The translations under genes and the position numbers were made by a program. Below are positions 19,688-28,291 of a stretch of 64,000 nt of DNA, piece by piece. Every line of letters begins with the position of its first letter. Position 1 is the stretch's first letter. Source of the stretch: Ignavibacteria bacterium (GTDB taxonomy: Bacteria; Bacteroidota; Ignavibacteria; UBA10030; SZUA-254); NCBI GenBank assembly GCA_031379665.1, contig JANNFI010000139.1, positions 4,588-68,587 of the forward strand, written 5' to 3'. Below the pieces are notes generated by a model. That model was not told where the DNA came from, did no database searches, and saw nothing but the letters and a program-made list of their open reading frames with translations.

Positions 19688-20290
19688 TTACTTCGAGGTG
19701 TGGGCGAGCGCCTTCCTGACGAGCTCTTCGAGGGAGAGCTCCGTGCCGGGCGATTCGACCGCGGCCGATCGCACCGCTTTCTCCGCGCTCGCGCGGTTGT
19801 GTCCGAGGGACATCAGCGCCACGATCGCCTCCGAGCGGATCTTGAGCTGGCCGCTCGAGGCTGGTATGAGATTCGCGGACGGTTCAGCGTCGCCAACCTT
19901 GCCGCGCAGCTCCACGATCAACCGCTCAGCCGTTTTCTTCCCGACGCCGGGAATCGAACTCAGGATGGCGGCGCTGCCCCCGGCGATCGCGGACCGCAAT
20001 TCGGGGACCCGGATACCCGAGAGGACCCCAAGGGCCAGTTTCGGGCCGACGCCGTTGACAGAGAGGAGCAACCGGAACGTGTCGCGCTCGGCCTCGGTCG
20101 CGAATCCGTAGAGCTGTAGGGCGTCTTCGCGCACGTGCAGATATGTCAGCAGGACCGCCTCGCCGCGGACGCCGGTGAGAGCCTCGGAGGTCGAGTGGGG
20201 GACGCTCAACTGGTACCCGACCCCGTTGACGTCGATCGTGACCTCCGAAGGTGTTTTCGAAACGATCGTTCCTCTCAACCGTGAGATCAT
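19688..20290 (-). CDS. ruvA: Holliday junction DNA helicase RuvA
   Basis: MISRLRGT N-terminus and HhH motifs ([21 protein letters not shown]). Confidence 0.9.
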   Translation of the reverse strand: MISRLRGTIVSKTPSEVTIDVNGVGYQLSVPHSTSEALTGVRGEAVLLTYLHVREDALQLYGFATEAERDTFRLLLSVNGVGPKLALGVLSGIRVPELRSAIAGGSAAILSSIPGVGKKTAERLIVELRGKVGDAEPSANLIPASSGQLKIRSEAIVALMSLGHNRASAEKAVRSAAVESPGTELSLEELVRKALAHTSK

Positions 20291-20904
20291 CGCGCACCTC
20301 CCGGCTGTTTGGCCCTGTCAGGATTCTCCCGGAGGAATGACTTCCAGTCCGCGTATCGTTTCCGGCTCCCGACGGCTCGATGGCCGTGACAGATGGCGAC
20401 CGCCAGGGCGTCGGTTACATCCAGGGCGGCGCCGCTGTCCTTCATCCCGAGGAACGAGTGGACCATGTATTGCACCTGCTGCTTCGAGGCGTTCCCGTTC
20501 CCAACCACAGCTTTCTTCACTTCCCTGGGAGAGTATTCGGCAACCGGCAGGTCGCCGGAGACGGCCGCGAGGATCGCGACCCCCCGTGCCTGTCCGAGCT
20601 TGAGGGCGGACTGTGCGTTTTTCCCGTAAAAGGCGGTCTCCACGGCGACCTCGTCAGGGCGGAATTTCCTGATGACTTCGAGAAGCGATTCGTGGATCAG
20701 TTTCAGGCGGGCGGGCATCGGCCGGTCGGAGCGGTTCTTCACGATGCCGGAGGCGACGTGGGTCAGCGCGCCCCGGTTGCTTTCGATGACGCCGTACCCG
20801 GTGACGAGAGTTCCCGGGTCGATCCCGAGGATCACCTTTCGGCCGGGGGTGTCCGCTGCCCGGCCGGCCGGGCGGACAGGGCGACTAGGCGTTGAACGAG
20901 GCAA
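20287..20904 (-). CDS. ruvC: Holliday junction resolvase RuvC
   Basis: ILGIDPGTLVTGYGV catalytic N-terminus. The ORF has a roughly 22-aa Pro/Arg-rich extension, so the true start may be later at a non-ATG codon. Confidence 0.8.
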   Translation of the reverse strand: MPRSTPSRPVRPAGRAADTPGRKVILGIDPGTLVTGYGVIESNRGALTHVASGIVKNRSDRPMPARLKLIHESLLEVIRKFRPDEVAVETAFYGKNAQSALKLGQARGVAILAAVSGDLPVAEYSPREVKKAVVGNGNASKQQVQYMVHSFLGMKDSGAALDVTDALAVAICHGHRAVGSRKRYADWKSFLRENPDRAKQPGGAR

Positions 20905-21634
20905 GGACTTTGTCGTCGATGTCGAAGTTTGCGTAGACGTGCTGGACGTCGTCGTGCTCCTCCAGGGCCTCCATCAGCTTCAGGACCTGCTCGGCGTCTT
21001 TCGCATCGACCTTCACGGAGTTTTCCGGGATGAGCTGGATCTCCGCGGAATCCGGCGTGATACCCTTCGCCTCCATCGCCTCCTTCACGGCGAGGAAGGA
21101 TTCAGGGGAGGTCGTGATCTCGTACAATTCGTCCGCGGTCGACATGTCGTCGGCGCCGGCTTCGAGCACAATCTCGAGCAGGGCATTCTCCTCGTATTTC
21201 GAGCGAGCGAGCGTGATTGCCCCCTTGCGGTGGAACATCCACGCGACGCTGTTGGAGGCCCCGAGCTTTCCGTTGTGGCGCTCCAGGAAATGACGGATTT
21301 CCGAGACGGTACGGTTGCGGTTGTCGGTGACCGATTCGATGATCAGGGCGACTCCGCCCGGGCCGTATCCCTCGTACGTGACATCTTCATACGCCACCCC
21401 GGGGAGTTCCCCGGTGCCCTTCTGGATCGCGCGTTTGATATTGTCGGCCGGCATATTGGACGCCTTCGCCTTGTCGACGGCGAGCCTCAGCCGGGGGTTC
21501 GATTTGGTGTCGCCGCCGCTCATGCGCGAAGCGATCGTGATTTCCTTCGCGATTTGCGTGAACAGCTTGCCCCGTTTTCCATCGGTGACGGCTTTCTTCC
21601 GTTTGATGGTTGCCCACTTGGAGTGTCCGGACAT
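20885..21634 (-). CDS. yebC: YebC/PmpR family transcriptional regulator
   Basis: MSGHSKWATIKRKK N-terminus. Start at ATG 21634 (the ORF-track extension is rejected). recJ stop lies 3 nt upstream. Confidence 0.9.
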   Translation of the reverse strand: MSGHSKWATIKRKKAVTDGKRGKLFTQIAKEITIASRMSGGDTKSNPRLRLAVDKAKASNMPADNIKRAIQKGTGELPGVAYEDVTYEGYGPGGVALIIESVTDNRNRTVSEIRHFLERHNGKLGASNSVAWMFHRKGAITLARSKYEENALLEIVLEAGADDMSTADELYEITTSPESFLAVKEAMEAKGITPDSAEIQLIPENSVKVDAKDAEQVLKLMEALEEHDDVQHVYANFDIDDKVLASFNA

Positions 21635-21636
21635 GA

Positions 21637-23382
21637 TCAGGCTTCCTTTATATGTTTCCGTAGGTCCTTGATTTTCAACTGTGGTGTCGCCGTGCCGGCG
21701 GGGGTGTTCCCCTCGGCGCGCGTCGGCCATTCGTGCTCGTCGACGGAGTAGACGATGTCGATCGTTCCGCCGGCGGCGGGAATCTCCCGGATGAGGCTAC
21801 CGAGGTTGAAACCGATCGCGTCGATGGTGGTCCCGTTCTGCCGCACCCTGAATCGCAGGTGGTCTTTCCCGACGATGCGGGGAGGGCCCAGGACTTCGAC
21901 GTTTCTGGTCAGGAAGACGGGGCGCATGTTCCCGGGGCCGTACGGGGCGAACTCCTTGAGGATTCTGAAGAACCGGGGCGTGAGTTCGGTGAACCCGATT
22001 TCGGCGTCGATCCGCAATGCCGGCGTGCGGATCTCGTCGGTCATCAGTTCCCCTACCGCGGCGTTGAACGCGTCGCGGAATTCATCGACCCTGTCGAGTC
22101 GCACTGACAGGCCGGCGGCGTACTTGTGGCCGCCGAACTGGATGAGCGTGTGCTCAACCCGCTTCAGGGCGGTGTGAATGTCGAACCCCATGATGCTGCG
22201 GGCGGAGCCTTTCGCCACCCCGTCCACGCAGGTGAGCATCACGGTAGGCCGGTAATATTTTTCCGTGAGCCTCGACGCGACGATCCCGATAACGCCCGGG
22301 TGCCAACCTTCGTCGAACAGGACGATCGCCGCCGGCGCGGCGCCGCCCGGCGCGCTGTCGACCCGGTCCTGGGCCTGCTGGAACGTCGTCTCGTCGACTT
22401 TGCGGCGGTTGCGGTTCTCCTCTTCGAGGACCTGCGAAAGCCGGTCGGCCTCGGCGTCGTCGGTGCAGATCAGGAGGTCGACCGCCCTCGTCGCGTCGCC
22501 CATCCTGCCGACCGCGTTGATGCGGGGTGCGAGGACAAACACGATCTGCCCGGTGGTGATCTTCCCGTGCTCCACGCCGGAACTGCGCAGCAGCGCCTTC
22601 ATCCCTGGCCGCGGTGCGCTGTTGACCTGCTCGAGTCCGATCTTGGTGATCACCCGGTTTTCCCCCACCAGGGGTACAATGTCCGCGGTCGTGGCGAGCG
22701 TGGCGAAATCGAGGTACCGGTATGCCATTTCCGGCTTGCCCAGACGGAGCGCAATGGCCTGGACCAGCTTGAAGCCGACGCCGCACCCGCAGAGGCTCTT
22801 GAATGGGTACCCGCAGCCGCGCTTCAGGGGGTCGAGAACGGCGAGCGCCTTCGGCAGGACCTCGGCTGGCTCGTGGTGATCGCAGATGATGACGTCGAGT
22901 CCGCGGGAGCGCGCGTACTCCACCTGGTCGACAGCCGTGATGCCGCAGTCGATCGAAATCAGCAGCGTGGCGCCGTAATCGGCCCCGCGGTCGATGCCAA
23001 ACTGCGAGAGGCCGTAGCCCTCCTTTACCCGGTCCGGGATGTGGAAGATCGCGTCTGCCCCCACCTCGCGCAGGAAGAGGACCATCATCGCAGCGCTGTT
23101 CGTTCCGTCGACGTCGTAGTCGCCGAAGACCAGTATCTTCTCGTGAGACCCGAGACGCTCGAGGATCCGCATCACCGCTTTCTCCATCCCGTCCATGAGG
23201 AACGGGTCGTGAAGGTCTCCGATGCCGGGCTTAAAGAACTCCCGCGCGCGGTCGTACGAATCGATCCCGCGGTTCACGAGGATTCTGGTGATGGTGTCCG
23301 GGACGTTCATCTCCGCGGTGAGCCGGGCGACGACTGATGGGTCGGCCGGTGAAGTGATCGTCCAACGGAAAGTTTTCTTCAT
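21637..23382 (-). CDS. recJ: Single-stranded-DNA-specific exonuclease RecJ
   Basis: DHH motifs (GDYDVDGT, DHH) and DHHA1 domain. Confidence 0.9.
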   Translation of the reverse strand: MKKTFRWTITSPADPSVVARLTAEMNVPDTITRILVNRGIDSYDRAREFFKPGIGDLHDPFLMDGMEKAVMRILERLGSHEKILVFGDYDVDGTNSAAMMVLFLREVGADAIFHIPDRVKEGYGLSQFGIDRGADYGATLLISIDCGITAVDQVEYARSRGLDVIICDHHEPAEVLPKALAVLDPLKRGCGYPFKSLCGCGVGFKLVQAIALRLGKPEMAYRYLDFATLATTADIVPLVGENRVITKIGLEQVNSAPRPGMKALLRSSGVEHGKITTGQIVFVLAPRINAVGRMGDATRAVDLLICTDDAEADRLSQVLEEENRNRRKVDETTFQQAQDRVDSAPGGAAPAAIVLFDEGWHPGVIGIVASRLTEKYYRPTVMLTCVDGVAKGSARSIMGFDIHTALKRVEHTLIQFGGHKYAAGLSVRLDRVDEFRDAFNAAVGELMTDEIRTPALRIDAEIGFTELTPRFFRILKEFAPYGPGNMRPVFLTRNVEVLGPPRIVGKDHLRFRVRQNGTTIDAIGFNLGSLIREIPAAGGTIDIVYSVDEHEWPTRAEGNTPAGTATPQLKIKDLRKHIKEA

Positions 23383-23404
23383 TACTCAGCGTGTTGAAAA
23401 AAAA

Positions 23405-23858
23405 ACGGTCGCGCACCTGTAAGCCGAATTCTGTCTTCCCGCGAGGGAAGCGCAATCATTTATCTGGATCCCCCCTCGCGGAGGGATTCTAGCGACCTAC
23501 CCATCCCGCAGTCTTTTCGGGACTGGAGCGGACGACTCTCGAACGGATAGGCCGCCCTTGCGGGCGGTGGTCCGTTCACGGGATATATTTAGTCTTGCTC
23601 CGGGCAGGGTTTGTCGCTCCCGCCATCGCTGACGGGAGGGTGAGCTCTTACCTCGCCTTTTCACCCTTACCGGGCCCGTCCCCCTTTCGGGGGGCGAAAC
23701 CGGCGGTATATTTTCTGTGACACTTTCCGTTACCGCCGGCTTGCGCCGTCGGTACCCTCCCGTTAGGAGGTGCCCTGTCCTATGGAGTTCGGACTTTCCT
23801 CCCCGTCGGTGCCGCTTACGCGGCCCCAACGGAGCGATTGCGCGGTGCGCGACCGGAT
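23405..23858 (-). ncRNA. rnpB: RNase P RNA, bacterial type A
   Basis: Minus-strand read shows GGAGGAAAGTCCGAACTCCATAGGACAGGGCACC, GGTAAGGGTGAAAAGG...GGTAAGAGC, CGGAGCAAGACTAAAT and ACAGAATTCGGCTTACAGG. The P1 helix closes as CCGGUCGCGCA/UGCGCGACCG followed by a U9 tract. Confidence 0.85.
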
Positions 23859-23873
23859 CATCGGTTTATCGGA

Positions 23874-24308
23874 TCAGGCGTTCACCGCATCGCTCGGGCA
23901 GGGGATCCTGCCGTCGATGCCGGCGTTCGCGAGCAAATCCGCTTCGTGGTTCAATTCCCGGTCGATGTGTACTATCTGAACGTTGAACGGTGACGCTTTC
24001 AACAATCGTACGGCCTCGAGGTACAGAGGCGCGAGTTTCTTGTCCTTCACGCGGTATTGGCCAAGGAGCTGGCGTACCATCAACTGGCTGTCCGAATGGA
24101 CGATCATCCGGGTGCAGGAGAGCCCGGATGCGTGCTTCAGGCAGTGGAGCAGCGCGCGGTACTCGGCGACGTTGTTCGTGGTAGTCCCGATGTACCCGCC
24201 GAAGGAGTAAAGGACTCCGCCGCCGTCGTGGTCTCGCATGATCACGCCGATGCCACCTTCGCCCGGGTTCCCGCGCGCGGCGCCGTCGGTATACGCGAGG
24301 ACGGTCAT
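23874..24308 (-). CDS. rnhA: Ribonuclease HI
   Basis: MTVLAYTDGAARGNPG start and NNVAEYRALLHCL motif. ATG at 24308 (the ORF-track extension is rejected). Start overlaps the stop of the upstream zinc-ribbon gene. Confidence 0.85.
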   Translation of the reverse strand: MTVLAYTDGAARGNPGEGGIGVIMRDHDGGGVLYSFGGYIGTTTNNVAEYRALLHCLKHASGLSCTRMIVHSDSQLMVRQLLGQYRVKDKKLAPLYLEAVRLLKASPFNVQIVHIDRELNHEADLLANAGIDGRIPCPSDAVNA

Positions 24309-25054
24309 TCCGTCGGCACGCCCGTCCCGACGAGTGAGTCCGAAACCAGTATCCTTCCACAGTGTTCGCAGAGGAAGATATGGGAGTTCCGTCTCAGTTC
24401 GAGAATTTTCTGTGGTGGGACGCGACTGAAGCACCCGCCACACGCGTTGCGTTTCACGCTGACGACCGCCGTTCCGCCCTTCGCCGTGCGGATCCGATCG
24501 TACCGCTCGAGGTCGTCCTTCTCCAGTCGGGCGGAGATCTTCTCGCGCTGGTGGTTGAGCGCGAGCTCAGCTTTTTCGTGCTCCTTGTTGACCTCCTTCA
24601 GTTCTTTCTGCCGTTCCTTCAATTCCACGCCGAGGACCTCCAGCTGTTCTTTCAGCGCGTCCGCGTCGGTCTTCGATGTCTGGAGTCGGCTCTCAGCGCC
24701 ATCCATGCCCTTCTGCAGTAGAAGCGATTTCTGCTGGGCGATCTCGATTTCCCGCGTGAGGGCGTCGTACTGGCGGTTCGACTTGACGCTCATCTGCTGC
24801 CCCTTGTATTTCTCCACCTTGGCGGCGATATCGATGATCTCGTTGTCGGCCCGCTCGCGGGAGACCTTGGATTCCTTCACGGCGGCGTTCAGGGCGTCGA
24901 ATTTCGCCTTCATCTCGTCGTAGCGCGCCTGCAGGTCACGGACAGTGTGGGGCAGGTCGCCCTTCAGGTCCTGAATCTCCTGGAGGTCGACGTCGACGAG
25001 TTGCAGTGAGTATAAAAGTTTAAGCCTTTTTTCCACCGTAGTCTCCTTTGTCAT
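24305..25054 (-). CDS. C4 zinc-ribbon coiled-coil protein (COG1579/DUF164 family)
   Basis: Long coiled coil followed by CGGCF...CEHCG zinc ribbon. Sits in the conserved Nif3 / zinc-ribbon / RNase H arrangement. Confidence 0.8.
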   Translation of the reverse strand: MTKETTVEKRLKLLYSLQLVDVDLQEIQDLKGDLPHTVRDLQARYDEMKAKFDALNAAVKESKVSRERADNEIIDIAAKVEKYKGQQMSVKSNRQYDALTREIEIAQQKSLLLQKGMDGAESRLQTSKTDADALKEQLEVLGVELKERQKELKEVNKEHEKAELALNHQREKISARLEKDDLERYDRIRTAKGGTAVVSVKRNACGGCFSRVPPQKILELRRNSHIFLCEHCGRILVSDSLVGTGVPTE

Positions 25055-26160
25055 CGGAAATAATTGACCGGGTTAATGCTTTTTTTCGATTCAATGACCC
25101 TGACGCGTTCCTTCCTGACCTCGGGGCGGCTCCTGAGAAATCGCGCCACAGCACCGACGGCAGGGTGTTCCGTTTCGTAATGTCCCGCGTCGACGAGGAC
25201 GATCTCGCGTTCGAACTCCTGGAACGAATGGTACCGGACGTCGGCGGTGACGTACGCGTCGGCGCCCGCCCGGATGGCATCGGGCAGGAGGTCTGTGCCG
25301 CTTCCGCCGCAGACGGCAACGGTCCTGATCGGTCGCCCCGCCGGCCCTGAGTAACGCAACCCCCGGGCGCCCAGTCGGACGGCGACGCTCCGTAAGAACC
25401 TTTTCAGCGGGAGGGGGCGGCTGAATCCACCGATCGAGCCCATCCCAAACTCACTGCTCCCGTTCTCGAGCGCGTAGACGTCGACCGCAACCTCGTCGTA
25501 CGGGTGGGCAGATTTCATCGCCCTGAGGACCCCGGGCAACTTCCAGCCCTGACATTCCATTTCCAGGCGGATCTCGTTCACCCGTTCAAGCCGGCCCGCG
25601 ACGCCGATGTGGGGTTTCGACCCCGGGCCGGGGAGAAACGACCCGGTCCCTTCCGTCGTGAACGAGCACGATTCATAGCCGCCGATCACACCGGCGCCGG
25701 CAGCGGCCATCGCCTGCATCACGCCCCCCGAGTGCGACGACGGAACGAAAACAACGATTTTTTTTCGCAGCCCGTTCAGGGGCGCGAGCGGGACGATGTC
25801 ACGAAGCCCGAGCCGTTCAGCGAGCGTGTCGCTCACCCCGCCCCTCGTGAAGTCCACGTTGGTATGCGCCGCATACAACCCGATGCGGTGGCGCAGGAGA
25901 GACTCCAGCATTCCCCCGGTGCGCGAACTGGTGTCGATGTGGCGGAGCGGCGTGAAGATGAGGGGATGGTGGCTGATGATGAGGCCCGCCCCGAGCGCGA
26001 TCGCCTCGTTGACGACATCGGGGGTGGTGTCCAGGGAGACCAGGATCTTCCTGACTTTCGAATCGGGGGAGCCGACGAGGAGGCCGACGTTGTCCTTCTC
26101 CCAGACGACCCCGGGGGGCGCCCACGATTCGATCATACCACCGATATCCCGTATTTGCAT
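25051..26160 (-). CDS. Nif3-family dinuclear metal centre protein (YqfO/GTP cyclohydrolase 1 type 2-like)
   Basis: Nif3 N-terminus (WDNVGLLVG...ISHHPL) and C-terminal HYETE motif. Confidence 0.85.
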   Translation of the reverse strand: MQIRDIGGMIESWAPPGVVWEKDNVGLLVGSPDSKVRKILVSLDTTPDVVNEAIALGAGLIISHHPLIFTPLRHIDTSSRTGGMLESLLRHRIGLYAAHTNVDFTRGGVSDTLAERLGLRDIVPLAPLNGLRKKIVVFVPSSHSGGVMQAMAAAGAGVIGGYESCSFTTEGTGSFLPGPGSKPHIGVAGRLERVNEIRLEMECQGWKLPGVLRAMKSAHPYDEVAVDVYALENGSSEFGMGSIGGFSRPLPLKRFLRSVAVRLGARGLRYSGPAGRPIRTVAVCGGSGTDLLPDAIRAGADAYVTADVRYHSFQEFEREIVLVDAGHYETEHPAVGAVARFLRSRPEVRKERVRVIESKKSINPVNYFR

Positions 26161-26174
26161 GCGGGCAGGCCGTT

Positions 26175-26203
26175 AAAAAAAATGTCCCGGAGGGCCGGGA
26201 CAT
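26175..26203 (-). terminator. Intrinsic terminator on the minus strand (ATGTCCCGG / loop / CCGGGACAT, then U8)
   Basis: Perfect 9-bp stem with a 4-nt loop, immediately followed on the minus strand by eight U. Lies downstream of the RR-HisKA gene and about 15 nt upstream of the nif3 ATG. Confidence 0.55.
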
Positions 26204-26484
26204 GGACTGTATCTTACTGAACTGGTTCGATTAACCTTTTGATCACCGGGGTGGTTTTCCGGCGGGTCTCCGCGAAGAGCCGGTTATCGAGCTTGAAAGA
26301 GTGGAAATTGATCATTCAGTCAACAATATATGGCTTTTCCCTGAAATAATCAAGGATTCTTCCGCCCACGGGTAGATTCATATTTCCAGTCCCTGGAGCG
26401 CCCCCTGGTGAGCAATTCCACCGTGGTGGTCAGCCGTTTTTCGCGGGTTTCATCCCTTTTCGCTTCGGTGACCCTCTCGCAGGA

Positions 26485-27147
26485 TCAGGACGGTACGCGC
26501 GGAGGAACGTTCATGTCTCGCAGTGTGACGATCTGTTTTTCGAGGCTTGAAATGTTCCGGTTGAGTTCACTCAGGAGGGCCTTGACGTCGGGGGCCTTGC
26601 ACTGACGGGTCAGGATGTCGGTGCTGATCTTGATGGCGGCGAGCGGGTTGTTGAACTCGTGACACATCGTTACGATGAGTTCCTGGACGGCTTCGGTTTT
26701 TCGCTGGGAAATGACCTTGTTTTTTTCGGCCGTGGAGATCTGGGTCTTGAGGTCCTGCTGCTCGAGGGCGTTGACGATTGAGCGCGGGAACAAAGTGTCG
26801 ACCACCTCTTCCTTTACGAGGTAATCGACAACCCCGTACTTCATCGCCTCGACGGCTATACGGAAGTCCTTCCCGCCGGTGAGCATGATGACCGGCAGGT
26901 CGACACCGGCCTCGCGGAGGTCCTTCAGGATCTCCAGACCGTTCCGGGTCTTGAGGTAGTAATCCATCAGGATGATGTGGATTTCGTTCGGGGATTTCAG
27001 GTACGACAGGACCTTCTCGCCGTCGTCCATCCAGGTGAGTCTGAACGACTTCCCGTTGAAGGACTGGAGGTAGTTCTTCGCCATCGCCGCATAGTCGGCG
27101 TCGTCGTCAATCAGCAATATGTTAATGACCTGGTCCGGCACCTGCAT
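26485..27147 (-). CDS. Response-regulator receiver fused to HisKA phosphoacceptor domain, no HATPase_c domain
   Basis: REC domain (LLIDDD, MLTGG, K) then H-box MCHEFNNPLAAI. The protein ends about 45 aa after the H-box. GC content looks slightly lower than neighbouring genes. Confidence 0.7.
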   Translation of the reverse strand: MQVPDQVINILLIDDDADYAAMAKNYLQSFNGKSFRLTWMDDGEKVLSYLKSPNEIHIILMDYYLKTRNGLEILKDLREAGVDLPVIMLTGGKDFRIAVEAMKYGVVDYLVKEEVVDTLFPRSIVNALEQQDLKTQISTAEKNKVISQRKTEAVQELIVTMCHEFNNPLAAIKISTDILTRQCKAPDVKALLSELNRNISSLEKQIVTLRDMNVPPRVPS

Positions 27148-27284
27148 TCTCCCGCAAACATTAAAGTAAAGTATAGTATAGTATTTGGCGGTCAAACTTG
27201 CAACCGCGCCGGCGGGTCGCGCGCCGACTCAACGCCCCGGATTTCTTGATTTTTGTCTGGATTTAGGCGACCTTCACTCAAAGA

Positions 27285-28280
27285 TTGAAAGAACGACGAA
27301 TGAGCCACGATATCCTGGCCGGCCTCTCGGAGAAAGCGCGTCTGCTCTCCAGATCGGTCGCCTTTCCCGATGCCCTCGACGTCCGCACGCTCCGCGCAGC
27401 GGCCGCGCTCGCCTCGTCGCGTGTCCTCCGGCCGGTGCTCGTCGGGTCGTCCGAGGTGATCCGATCCCTGGCGTCCTCCCAGGGCGTCGGGCTCGACGGG
27501 GTCACGATCGAGGATCCATCGCTCTCGGCGCACCTCGGGCGGGTGGAGCTCGAACTCGCGGCCATCGAAAAGGGGAATGCGGGACGCGGGGGATCCGGCC
27601 CACGGCACGCGGGTGATCCGCTCATTTTCGCCGGAATGATGGTCCGGTCGGGCCTTGTCCACGGTAGCGTCGCCGGCTCCGTCTCGACGACCGCCGACGT
27701 GATCCGGGCGGCGCTTCGAACGATCGGCCTGCGGCCCGGGGTGAAAAAAGTCTCCAGCTATTTCCTGATGATATTTCCCGGACGCGTGATGGCGTTCGCG
27801 GACTGCGCCGTGCTCCCCGAGCCGACCGCGGGGGAACTCGCGGAAATCGCCGGGCTGGCCGCCGACAACTTCCGCATCATCACGGGCCTCGGCCCTGTCG
27901 TCGCGTTCCTTTCCTTCTCGACGAAGGGCAGCGCGGGACATCCGGCGATTGAGAAAGCGCGCAGCGCGGCGGCGATGTTCAGGGCCTCGCGGCCGGACAT
28001 CGAAGCCGATGGGGAACTCCAGGTTGACGCGGCGATTGACCCGGGTGTGGCCCGGATGAAGGCGCCCGGCAGCCCCGTCGCCGGGAATGCCAACGTTCTG
28101 ATCTTCCCCGACCTCAACTCGGGAAACATCGGATACAAGATCGCACAACGGCTCGGGGGCGCGGTGGCGCTGGGACCAATCCTCCAGGGGCTGGCGAAGC
28201 CTGCCTTTGACCTCTCCCGGGGGTGCAGCGTCGAGGACATCGTTCACGTCGCCACGATCAACGTCCTCACCCCGGTGTGA
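27285..28280 (+). CDS. Phosphate acetyl/butyryl-transferase (PTA_PTB family)
   Basis: PTA_PTB core (DCAVLPEP, FPDLNSGNIGYKIAQR). Confidence 0.8.
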   Translation: MKERRMSHDILAGLSEKARLLSRSVAFPDALDVRTLRAAAALASSRVLRPVLVGSSEVIRSLASSQGVGLDGVTIEDPSLSAHLGRVELELAAIEKGNAGRGGSGPRHAGDPLIFAGMMVRSGLVHGSVAGSVSTTADVIRAALRTIGLRPGVKKVSSYFLMIFPGRVMAFADCAVLPEPTAGELAEIAGLAADNFRIITGLGPVVAFLSFSTKGSAGHPAIEKARSAAAMFRASRPDIEADGELQVDAAIDPGVARMKAPGSPVAGNANVLIFPDLNSGNIGYKIAQRLGGAVALGPILQGLAKPAFDLSRGCSVEDIVHVATINVLTPV

Positions 28281-28291
28281 AGACTCCCCCG

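Noticed and set aside
23497-23986. Several 60-110 aa ORFs (23497-23829, 23717-23986, 23770-23979, 23231-23455).
   Set aside because: They fall inside the RNase P RNA gene, whose conserved helices can be read directly.
26204-26484. Possible frameshifted HATPase_c remnant downstream of the RR-HisKA gene.
   Set aside because: Translating all three minus-strand frames after the stop shows no N, G1 or G2 boxes, so there is no evidence of a decayed ATPase domain.
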